Shown here one piece after another: positions 52,588 through 60,734 of a DNA stretch of 64,000 nucleotides. How positions within the stretch are numbered: the stretch's first letter is position 1; each line of letters opens with the position of its first letter. The translations under genes and the position numbers were made by a program. The stretch is taken from NCBI GenBank assembly GCA_050943595.1, contig JBMNPM010000001.1, positions 112,794-176,793 on the forward strand, written 5' to 3'. Under the pieces are notes generated by a model. That model ran no database searches. It was not told where the DNA came from and worked only from the letters and a program-made list of their open reading frames with translations. Origin of the DNA: Thermoleophilia bacterium (GTDB lineage Bacteria > Actinomycetota > Thermoleophilia > RBG-16-64-13).

Positions 52588-53026
52588 ACCTTCGGCTATT
52601 CTCGACCGAGTATTCACGGCGATCTGCGGTTTAGATTTGGGCTTTTGCCGGTCTTTTTCGACGGACTGAAGCAGCGAATTCCAGGCCGGGGCTCGTTTGG
52701 CCGCCGGTGCTGAGCCCATCAGGTCCGGCCTGCTGGGCTCCGGACTATCCGTTCCTCAAGCACGGCTCGGCCATTCTCATACTCCAGTCCGGCTTTCCGG
52801 GGCCCATAGTCACCCAGAGAAAACCCGGCGGATCGGGGAACGGTCGAGTTTCTCATCGAAGCGGGGCACTATTCCTGCTTCTAAGTAATAAATAAGCAGT
52901 CTAATTATACGGTATTACCAACGGACCGACAACCGTTCAGGGTCATTGTTGGAAGAAAAGGGTCTTCACGTTTTGGAGGATAATCGTCAGGTTGATCCTT
53001 GCGACGTGGATGGATGGTCGAATTTG

Positions 53027-53296
53027 ATGCACACCGTGGCTTATATACTCTACGCGGCACTGCTGATTTATAGTTGGTTGATCATCGCCCGCGCCGTGCT
53101 CTCGTGGTTCCGGGCGCCGTATGGCGGTCCCGTTTATCAGATACAGAGAGCGCTTTATGCGTTGACAGAGCCCTATCTGCGCCTCTTCCGTCGTATTATC
53201 CCCACGGCTCGTCTTGGTTCCGTGGGGCTCGACCTGAGTTCGCTGGTGGGACTGTTTGTTCTCTACGTTGTCATCCGGCTGCTGACCAGGATTTGA
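53027..53296 (+). CDS. yggT: YggT-family membrane protein
   Basis: 'AYILYAALLIYSWLIIARAVLSWF...PYL' matches the YggT repeat. The start is uncertain (ATG 53027, GTG 53007, or ATG 52946). Confidence 0.65.
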   Translation: MHTVAYILYAALLIYSWLIIARAVLSWFRAPYGGPVYQIQRALYALTEPYLRLFRRIIPTARLGSVGLDLSSLVGLFVLYVVIRLLTRI

Positions 53297-53487
53297 GGGG
53301 CGGTTGGGACATGTCAAGCACGCAGAGTGTCGTGCGCAGCTGTGGTTGGTGCTATGGCAGTGCGGATGGGGGCATCTCTACTTTGCGAAGGCCAAGCGAA
53401 GCTGGGGCGGTAGGATGTAAGGTGAGGTTGCGTATGCCGGCCACAGCCCCTCAGGCTGTGGCCGGCACGCCGCACCAAGGTCGGACT

Positions 53488-54684
53488 CTAGTGCCGGCCG
53501 AGTTCCACCAGGCGCCGAGCAAGAAGCAGCGCATCCACCGGCCAGAGAGACGTGGGCCGGGGGCGGTGTACTCCGGGTCGCCCTGGTTCCGGGCGGCAGG
53601 AGAGGATGGTTTCGCGCCAGCGGGTTGGTATGGCATCGATCCCGTGGACGGCCCCCAAGAGCGCACCGGCGATGGCCGCGTTGGTGTCGGTGTCACCGCC
53701 GCGCATGACGGTGTCCGACACACCCTCCTCTAGGCTGGGGGCATGCAGCAGCTGCCAGAAGGCGTTGCACAAGGCGATGAGCACCCAACCCTGCTGATTC
53801 TCGAAGTCCTCTGGAGGCTCGGTGGCGGCCAGTTCGAGGCAGTCGCGTATTGCGCTGTGCACGGAGGTCGTACTGTCGGGCTGAGTGTGATCCTCTTCGG
53901 TGGCCCAGTTCATCACGAACCGGTAGACCTCCTCCGCCTGCGCACCGGTGGCTACGGCATGGGCTATGGCTACGACGAAGGTTGCACTGGCGTCCCGGCA
54001 GACTCGGTTGGGATGAGTGATGGCTGCATCCTGTCTCGCCAGGTCGGCAGCTGCAGCCGGGGACAGGGTATGGGCGTAGATGCCCAGGGGGCTCACGCGC
54101 ATGAGGGCGCCGTTGGCCTGGCTCTCCCGCGCTGCTGTCGACCTGGCTGTCGCTGCTACGGAGGCCGGGTCTTCTCCACGCTTGAGGGCAGCTACAGCCG
54201 GCATTAGAGCCTGAGTTGTGGCGGCTCCATAGTCGAAGGGGGGTGACGCGTACCAGTGAGCGTAGGCGACCGCCGCCTCGCTCGGATCAAATCGGCCGGC
54301 CCGTATGATGGAGCGCGCCAACATGAGTGCCATCTCTGAGTCGTCGGTCGGCTGTCCAGCGATGAGACGGTGAAGGCCGCCATCGGCCAGGTCACGGATG
54401 CCGTTGGGGTAATGCGTGCGGATGGACGATGTGCTCTGGAGCTCGACGAGGCTTCCGAGAGAATCGCCTGCCAGTTGTCCCAGCATACAGCCTTGAGCGC
54501 GTCCGATGACATCATGTGCCGCCTCCGGTTCGCTCTCGTAGTCTTCCAGCAGCGGGTATAACGTCTCTATATCTGTCTCGATATCGTTTGGGTTGCTCAC
54601 CACGGCGACTCCTTTGTGTTCGATCGGGCCCAGCGGGGAGGCCTGCGCGGCGCTGGCGTGCCGCGCAGGCCTCAATCTTCTCAC
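53488..54684 (-). CDS. ADP-ribosylglycohydrolase-family protein with ~60-aa N-terminal extension
   Basis: 'GQLAGDSLGSLVE', 'ADGGLHRL...TDDSEMAL' and 'GGDTDTNAAIAGALLGAVHG' ARH motifs. Its ATG overlaps the stop of the Fe-S subunit gene (ATGA). Confidence 0.75.
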   Translation of the reverse strand: MRRLRPARHASAAQASPLGPIEHKGVAVVSNPNDIETDIETLYPLLEDYESEPEAAHDVIGRAQGCMLGQLAGDSLGSLVELQSTSSIRTHYPNGIRDLADGGLHRLIAGQPTDDSEMALMLARSIIRAGRFDPSEAAVAYAHWYASPPFDYGAATTQALMPAVAALKRGEDPASVAATARSTAARESQANGALMRVSPLGIYAHTLSPAAAADLARQDAAITHPNRVCRDASATFVVAIAHAVATGAQAEEVYRFVMNWATEEDHTQPDSTTSVHSAIRDCLELAATEPPEDFENQQGWVLIALCNAFWQLLHAPSLEEGVSDTVMRGGDTDTNAAIAGALLGAVHGIDAIPTRWRETILSCRPEPGRPGVHRPRPTSLWPVDALLLARRLVELGRH

Positions 54685-55499
54685 TCAGCCAGGGGGATAT
54701 CGCCCAGATTCACGTCTTTTTCGGTGGTGAGACCCGAGAAGGTCTTGGTAGCGTAGCCGTCGGCAGCGATGGTCAACTCGTAGGCCTCTTCGGCCAGTCC
54801 GTGGAACCAGAAATCGCCGAAGTCGTCGGTGACGGCGGTCTGGGGTGCGGACCCGTCCGGTCCGTGCAGGGTGCAGACGGCTCCGATCACCACCTCTTCT
54901 TCCACCGGATCGTAGACCGTGCCGGCGATGAACTTTTTAGGCATGTTGAGGTAGTAGACCAGGGGCTCAGTGTCGCACTCGGGCTTTAGGGTCTCAGCCT
55001 CGGCGATTTCAGCGGCGAAGTCCTCCGCTTCCCCGAACTGTATGGCCTCGGTGGGGCAGGCATCGACGCACCGCGGCACCTTCCACTCGCCGCTATCAAG
55101 GAGATGGGCGCAGCCGGTGCACTTCTGGGCCAGGTTGAGGTTCTCGTTGAAGAATATGGCGTCGTGAGGGCAGGCGTCCACACAGGCCTTACAGCCGGTG
55201 CACTTCTGCGGGTCGATGATTACCAGTCCATCGTCCCGCCGGTAGATAGCCCCCTCAATGGGGCAGATGGGCATGCAGGGGGCCAGGTGGCAGTGCATGC
55301 AGGGCTGGGGTACGTAGTGCATCTGTACTTTGGGTACCGTGCCTCGTATGTGCTCGGTCAGCCGCATCCAGAACTGTCCCGTGTCGGGCTGGGGCTTGGC
55401 GATCGGTGACCAGTCGTTAGCGACGTGTTCGTCTTTGCATACGATCTGACAGTTGTAGCAACCGTTGCAGAGCCCTATGTCGATCACAAACGCTTTCAT
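54681..55499 (-). CDS. 4Fe-4S cluster beta subunit of a molybdopterin oxidoreductase, with C-terminal carboxypeptidase-regulatory-like (Ig-fold) domain; pyrogallol hydroxytransferase small-subunit-like
   Basis: Multiple CxxCxxCxxxCP ferredoxin motifs. A C-terminal ~80-aa beta-sandwich segment 'GTVYDPVEEEVVIGAVCTLHGPDG...ELTIAADGY'. 272 aa. Confidence 0.75.
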   Translation of the reverse strand: MKAFVIDIGLCNGCYNCQIVCKDEHVANDWSPIAKPQPDTGQFWMRLTEHIRGTVPKVQMHYVPQPCMHCHLAPCMPICPIEGAIYRRDDGLVIIDPQKCTGCKACVDACPHDAIFFNENLNLAQKCTGCAHLLDSGEWKVPRCVDACPTEAIQFGEAEDFAAEIAEAETLKPECDTEPLVYYLNMPKKFIAGTVYDPVEEEVVIGAVCTLHGPDGSAPQTAVTDDFGDFWFHGLAEEAYELTIAADGYATKTFSGLTTEKDVNLGDIPLAE

Positions 55500-58121
55500 C
55501 TAAGCCTTCTCTCCTTCGATCCAGGCGTCGAAACGCAGCCCGGCGGCGTGATCGTATTCTCGGGCGAAGGCTTCCGGGTGGTCTCGGCGCCACTCGTCCC
55601 ACTCCTCCCCCCTGACTTTCTGCACATCCACCAGGTAGCCACTAGTGGCTTGGCCTACCGCGTTCCGGGAGGTCAGCCCGTTGGGAGCGATAGCGTTGAT
55701 GGCGCCGCCACGATCCACACGCTCGCTGATGGGATCGTGGCGCGCCCCGTGGTCGATGTAGACAACTCTGGGCATTATTCTCTCCCAGACACGGGCCCCG
55801 GCAAGGACGATGCCTCGCTCGTTGAAGACCTTGACGACGTCACCATCCTTGATGCCTCGTTCGGCGGCGTCGCGGGGGTTGATCCACAGGGGCTCATACT
55901 TGTAGCCATCGAAGCCCAGCACCTTACACGTGGGTATCTCGCGGGTCCAGGTTATGTCGTCACACTGGGAGTGTGTGCGCCACCGGCCGTGGTTGGACAT
56001 GAGGAGCAGCGGGAACATGTCCGCCCGCTCACTGGAGATGCGCTCGTCGTGGGTCTCGGTTCGTTCGATCCACTTGGGATACGGTGGTCTCTCAGCATCG
56101 TAGGGGAAATGCTGGGCCAGGGCTTCGGAATAGAACTCAAGCTTGCCCGTAGGCGTGGGAAGCGGATGGGCCACCGGGTCGTCGTGGAAGTCTCGCAGAC
56201 CCGGTGTGTCGTCCTCCCAATCATGGGCGGTGGGGAAGACGAAGTACTTCTTGTCCTCAAACTCGTCCCAGGTTATGAAGTCGGTGACTTCCATATCCTG
56301 GAACACCTGCATCTGCAGGTCGCGGGTGGTCATGCCTTCCGTGAATTGCTCCCCTAGACCCAACTTCTTGGCTACTTCGAGGACCACCTCGTAATCGCTC
56401 TTGGACTCGCCGATGGGAGCGATGGCCTGCTCCTGGATCATAATGCTCTGGAAGTGCGGACCTTGTCTGGTGTTGGTGACGATGTCCTCGACCTCTAAGG
56501 TGGTGTTTACCGGTAGGATGAGATCGGCATAGAGACAGTCGTTCTCCAACCAGGGGTGCTGGGCTACGATGCACTCGATCTTGGGGCTGCGGTAGGCCTC
56601 GATAGTCCAGTTGCCGTGGTTCCAGCAGGTGATGCGGCAGGGAGTGTCGGTCCATATCATGTGGATCTCAGTGCCGCCGTCTTCCTTCGGGATGGGGTAG
56701 GTGTATTTGATGAACTGGTCATCGGTGTCTGATTCCTGCCCGCCGCTGCCCATGAAGGTGAGGGGCGGACGGAGAATGGCCTCCTGGATGAGGGTCTTGG
56801 GGATGAGTTGTTTGCCCCAGGCGTCGGAGCTGGTCCGTACTGGGGTCCGTATGCGTTCGCTCAGCGCCGGGTTGAAAAAACGTGCGCTCTTGATGCCCTC
56901 GGCCCGAGGCATGCCGAAGTAGGTTATCTGGCATTGGTGTACGCCCGGGGCGCCCAGCCCCTGCATGCCTAACAGTATGCATTCCAGACGCCCAGGTTCA
57001 TGTGAGAAGGGGCCCCTTATCATGGAGCCGCCGAAGTAGTGCACGATGGACGTGACCTGCTTGGCAAACTTGCGGGCCAGAGCTTTGATGGTCCACGGGG
57101 GTACGCCGCATTTTTTCGTGGCCCAAGATGGTGTCTTGGCGACGCCGTCCTCCTTGCCGAGGACGTAATCCGCCACCTTGTCCATGCCCACGGCATGAGT
57201 GGCCACATACTCCTTGTCCCACGTCCCCTCCGTCAGCCACACGTGGATGATGGCGAGCTGCAGGGCTGCGTCGGTGTTGGGCAAGATGGGGATCCACTTG
57301 CCTGCGTGGATGGCGGCCCCGTAGTTGAGGTCCGGGCAGATATAGACCTGTTCGATCCCGGCTCGGGTCCAGAACTGACAGATACGGGTGGCGTACTGCC
57401 CCGTGAATCCCCACGGTGTCGTCTCCGGGTCACCGCCCCAAAAGAGCAGTAGTTCGCTGTGCTCAGTGATGTCTTTGATGAGATTGTTGGCGGGTGACAT
57501 CATGCCTTGGAACCCCTGGCCCCACACGTGCTTGGCACCCCAGTACCAACCCTCCCAGCTGTCCGGATTCCTCACCTGCTGTGTGAATCCGCCCATCAGG
57601 TCGAGGAGGTGTGCGGAATGACCGTGGGGGGTGTGGATGGTCAGACACTCCCCGTGACCGTCTCCCTGCACTAGGACTCCCAGTGGACCGTATTGCTCGT
57701 GGACCCTGCGAATCTCGGCTGCGATGATGTCGGTGGCTTCGTCCCACGAGATGCGTTGGTACGTGCTCTTCCCGCGATTCTGTGGGTTTCGTTCTCCCTG
57801 TGGGTTCCAGTCCACCCGTTTGAGGGGGTACTTGATGCGATTGGGGGAGAAGGTTCTCTTCTTGTAGGCGAGTGAGAAGGGTGAGGGGAGGGATTTCATC
57901 AATGGCTGCAGCGTTTCGCCGTTGCGCCGCATGGTCCAAGAATTTAAGTGTTCGCGGTCATACTTCCAGTCGTAGTGGAAGGGCCTGATCCGGACGGCCT
58001 TGCCGTCCTTCACGTCCACGGCGCACTCGCCGCCGCCGCCCAGCATGCCGCCGAGGGCTAGAGACCTGAAGACGGTCTTATCCGGCCTGACGTCGGGTAG
58101 TTTCTGCTCTTGGTCGCTCAT
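55500..58121 (-). CDS. molybdopterin-dependent oxidoreductase catalytic subunit, pyrogallol-phloroglucinol transhydroxylase large-subunit-like (no Tat signal, no N-terminal Fe-S motif)
   Basis: 873 aa. 'RISWDEATDIIAAEI' and 'NPDSWEGWYWG' are motifs of the DMSO-reductase-family transhydroxylase branch. Its stop TAG directly abuts the beta-subunit ATG. Confidence 0.7.
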   Translation of the reverse strand: MSDQEQKLPDVRPDKTVFRSLALGGMLGGGGECAVDVKDGKAVRIRPFHYDWKYDREHLNSWTMRRNGETLQPLMKSLPSPFSLAYKKRTFSPNRIKYPLKRVDWNPQGERNPQNRGKSTYQRISWDEATDIIAAEIRRVHEQYGPLGVLVQGDGHGECLTIHTPHGHSAHLLDLMGGFTQQVRNPDSWEGWYWGAKHVWGQGFQGMMSPANNLIKDITEHSELLLFWGGDPETTPWGFTGQYATRICQFWTRAGIEQVYICPDLNYGAAIHAGKWIPILPNTDAALQLAIIHVWLTEGTWDKEYVATHAVGMDKVADYVLGKEDGVAKTPSWATKKCGVPPWTIKALARKFAKQVTSIVHYFGGSMIRGPFSHEPGRLECILLGMQGLGAPGVHQCQITYFGMPRAEGIKSARFFNPALSERIRTPVRTSSDAWGKQLIPKTLIQEAILRPPLTFMGSGGQESDTDDQFIKYTYPIPKEDGGTEIHMIWTDTPCRITCWNHGNWTIEAYRSPKIECIVAQHPWLENDCLYADLILPVNTTLEVEDIVTNTRQGPHFQSIMIQEQAIAPIGESKSDYEVVLEVAKKLGLGEQFTEGMTTRDLQMQVFQDMEVTDFITWDEFEDKKYFVFPTAHDWEDDTPGLRDFHDDPVAHPLPTPTGKLEFYSEALAQHFPYDAERPPYPKWIERTETHDERISSERADMFPLLLMSNHGRWRTHSQCDDITWTREIPTCKVLGFDGYKYEPLWINPRDAAERGIKDGDVVKVFNERGIVLAGARVWERIMPRVVYIDHGARHDPISERVDRGGAINAIAPNGLTSRNAVGQATSGYLVDVQKVRGEEWDEWRRDHPEAFAREYDHAAGLRFDAWIEGEKA

Positions 58122-58289
58122 GTAACTCGCCTTCCTTCAAGTCGGCGGCCTGTCGCGGAGGCCGTGTATGAGAGAGTCCGGGCGCCCTCACAGGTGGGGA
58201 GCCAACGCAACGTGCACACGAGAATATGTGTCGGCCCCATCGTACAAGAATAGTCTCTCAAGGGTGAAATCTGGGTCTGTGAGTATAGT

Positions 58290-58319
58290 GACCATTCGTT
58301 CGGCGACCATTCGTTCGGC
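58290..58319. repeat. 2x15-bp perfect tandem repeat GACCATTCGTTCGGC in divergent intergenic region between Mo-enzyme operon and SDR gene
   Basis: Read directly from the sequence. Preceded by a TATAGT-like hexamer. Confidence 0.6.
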
Positions 58320-58432
58320 TTCGATCCCCGAGGTGCCGTGTGTCCGGTTCGGGTACAGTGTGAGCAGCGGCTGAGCCGCCCTCTGGCGGGTGTTGCCGGT
58401 CGACCAACAGTGCGTGCGGTGGGAGGATCGAT

Positions 58433-59179
58433 ATGGATCTGGGATTCGAGGGCAAAGTGGCACTCGTTACCGGAGCAGCAAGCCAAATAGGATACGGGAA
58501 AGAGATTGCCCTATTGTTGGCTCGTGAAGGCTGCCGGGTCGTAGTTGCCGATATCGACCCAAAGGGCAGTGCGCAGACGGTGGAGCAAATCGAATCCATG
58601 GGCCGGGAGGCCATCGCCGTTGAGACCGACGTTACCGACCCGACAGCGGTGGACGCCTTGGTTGCTGCGGCGCTGGAGAGGTTTGGTTGCATCGACATCT
58701 TGATTAACAATGCCGGTGGCGTTGTCGGCGGGAAGCCCTTCTTGGAGATGACCAAGGACGAGTGCGCGTTTAACATGGAGGTCAACCTCTACGGGCAGAT
58801 GAATGTCTGCAGAGCGGTCATCCCGGGCATGGTTGCGCGTCGATACGGGCGGGTGGTCAGCATATCGGGGGGGCAGGGCCTTATGTATCTGTCGGCCTAC
58901 GGGGCCTCAAAGGCGGCTATCGAGGCCTTTACGCACTCGCTGGCCGGGGAGGTGGCACAGTTCGGTGTCATTGTGAACGGAGTGCATCCGGGGCTGTCCG
59001 AGACCAAGCTTACCCTCACAACCCCTCGGGAGGTCCTCGAAATGAATGCACAGATGTCTGCACTCAAGAGACTATGCACGGCACAGGATGTGGCTCCACT
59101 GGTGGCCTTCCTGGCCTCGGATCTCTGTAGCTATATGGTGGGACAGTTCGTACATATGGACACCTTTGTCGGTGTGTGA
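58433..59179 (+). CDS. SDR-family oxidoreductase
   Basis: 'TGAASQIGYG' cofactor motif and catalytic 'YGASKAA'. Confidence 0.8.
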   Translation: MDLGFEGKVALVTGAASQIGYGKEIALLLAREGCRVVVADIDPKGSAQTVEQIESMGREAIAVETDVTDPTAVDALVAAALERFGCIDILINNAGGVVGGKPFLEMTKDECAFNMEVNLYGQMNVCRAVIPGMVARRYGRVVSISGGQGLMYLSAYGASKAAIEAFTHSLAGEVAQFGVIVNGVHPGLSETKLTLTTPREVLEMNAQMSALKRLCTAQDVAPLVAFLASDLCSYMVGQFVHMDTFVGV

Positions 59180-59418
59180 TCGATCCCGTTGGTGATTATG
59201 CCGGCGGCCGTGGGCCGTAAAGATCGTGGGTTTGGACTACCAAAAGAGTACTCCCATGTGCTTGAGGAGCGAAAGCAGGTAAACTTTGCCGTCGTCGCGC
59301 CAAGACGCAGGAAATGGTGTGCGCAGGATAATGGTGCGACGAGCGTGTTCGGGTAGATAGACGAGGCCGGAGTCCTCGTAGTGTCCTTGAGCAGGGCTGG
59401 CGACTGGAGGGATGTGTC

Positions 59419-60090
59419 ATGGAGCCAGGGCTTCCACCATACTTCACGAATATGGACCCGCGACCCGGGCGGAAGGGTCCTCGGGAGAAGAAGCTCCTGC
59501 GCTTGGCTCTGGCTACCGCTCTGGGCGTGGTGGTCGTAGTCATGGTGGTCCTGACGGTCGTCGTGTTCGCGGGCGATGATACGACCGCTTCGACATCTAC
59601 CACCGTAGGACAGACCTCATCTTCTTCAACCGCGACCAGCATCGCGTCTACGACCACTACTGCGCGCGCTACGACTACCACTTTGGCAGGCGTCGCAACC
59701 TACACCGCTTCATTGACCGGTGAGAACCTGGTTCCTCCTCGGAGGTCTACAGCCAAGGGTACTCTTACTGTGACTGTAGCTGCGGACGGCTCATCGGCTT
59801 CTTACGCATTGAACGTCAGCAATCTCGATAGTTTGACTAAAGCTCGCCTTCACGAAGGTACGCCCGGTGCAGATGGGGGCACGATCCTCACGATATATGA
59901 TGGTCCTACGCGCAAAGACGTCTTTACGGGCACGGCGGCTGAGGGGGCCATCAGGGAAGTAAACTTTGAGGGACCTCTCAAGGGTAAGAAGATCGCCGAT
60001 TTGGAGACACTCATCAAAGGCGGCTCGGTGTGGCTGAATGTGGGGACGGTCGACCACCGCGCCGGGGAGATCTGTGGGCAGCTGGAGTAG
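59419..60090 (+). CDS. CHRD-domain protein with N-terminal TM anchor and Ser/Thr-rich linker
   Basis: TM 'LALATALGVVVVVMVVLTVVVF', S/T-rich stretch, then a CHRD-like 'ARLHEGTPGADGGTIL...GSVWLNVGTVDHRAGEICGQL'. Confidence 0.6.
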   Translation: MEPGLPPYFTNMDPRPGRKGPREKKLLRLALATALGVVVVVMVVLTVVVFAGDDTTASTSTTVGQTSSSSTATSIASTTTTARATTTTLAGVATYTASLTGENLVPPRRSTAKGTLTVTVAADGSSASYALNVSNLDSLTKARLHEGTPGADGGTILTIYDGPTRKDVFTGTAAEGAIREVNFEGPLKGKKIADLETLIKGGSVWLNVGTVDHRAGEICGQLE

Positions 60091-60273
60091 TGTGGATAGC
60101 TGGAGTAGTCCGTGCTGCGGGTGTGTTTGGATCTTTTCTCTCTGCCGAGGGCGGGGTCTCTCGAGTTCTTTCAGCTGGAATTTGAGAGTGGGTCGGCACT
60201 TCGACTTCGCGGCGCCATCCTGCTGAGGTGATCAACTCCTACTTGTCACCAACCGGTCAGTTCTCGGTCATTA

Positions 60274-60305
60274 TTGACAATAGCAGGTATAGTACTTACT
60301 ATACC
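60274..60305 (+). promoter_or_regulatory. sigma70-like promoter (TTGACA 60274-60279; TACTAT 60297-60302) overlapped by 20-bp perfect palindrome GGTATAGTACTTACTATACC (60286-60305)
   Basis: Read directly from the sequence. Spacer is 17 nt. The palindrome covers the -10 element. Confidence 0.55.
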
Positions 60306-60344
60306 TGTCTTTATCAAACAAGTGACTTTGAGGAGTGTCTACCC

Positions 60345-60617
60345 ATGGCCGATGAGATATTCAGCTTTGAACCAGCAGTTGTTCCGAAGGCCCAGCGCGG
60401 TTTCAGGAGAAGTAAGTACCTGGCTACCGTCGAGGCAATCGACCAGTTCTTGAAGGAAAATCCAAACGAAAACGCAGTTAAGATCGAATTAGGTGATGTG
60501 AGCAGCAAATCTGCCTACGCCAGCTTTCGTACAGTGATAGCGAGGGAATATCCTGACAGCATCCGTTTGACTCAGCGGGGTGGAGATCTATACATTGAGA
60601 GGCGTAGAGACGAATAA
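60345..60617 (+). CDS. small hypothetical protein (90 aa) in low-GC self-contained cassette
   Basis: ATG 60345 with a GAGGAG RBS. Own promoter TTGACA-17-TACTAT with a palindromic operator. Followed by a 20-bp-stem hairpin. Confidence 0.55.
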   Translation: MADEIFSFEPAVVPKAQRGFRRSKYLATVEAIDQFLKENPNENAVKIELGDVSSKSAYASFRTVIAREYPDSIRLTQRGGDLYIERRRDE

Positions 60618-60674
60618 AGAGGCGACCCGGCCAGCAGAATTTAGAGACGGCGTGTAGTGTGGCTCCTCTAAGAA

Positions 60675-60718
60675 AGCCGTCGCACCTGCACTGCTTCTGC
60701 AGTGCAGGTGCGACGGCT
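60675..60718. terminator. 20-bp perfect-stem hairpin between convergent genes (bidirectional terminator candidate)
   Basis: AGCCGTCGCACCTGCACTGC-ttct-GCAGTGCAGGTGCGACGGCT. No U-tract. Confidence 0.5.
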
Positions 60719-60734
60719 GAACGCCATTTGTGGA

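Noticed and set aside
52590-52870. Resemblance to RNase P / SRP RNA (GGAAAGCCGGACTGGAG on minus strand; CAGGTCCGG on plus)
   Set aside because: Only short fragments match. The universally conserved RNase P P4 and J15/16 motifs and the SRP GGAA-tetraloop helix-8 motif are absent. The segment is kept as an unexplained region in a finding.
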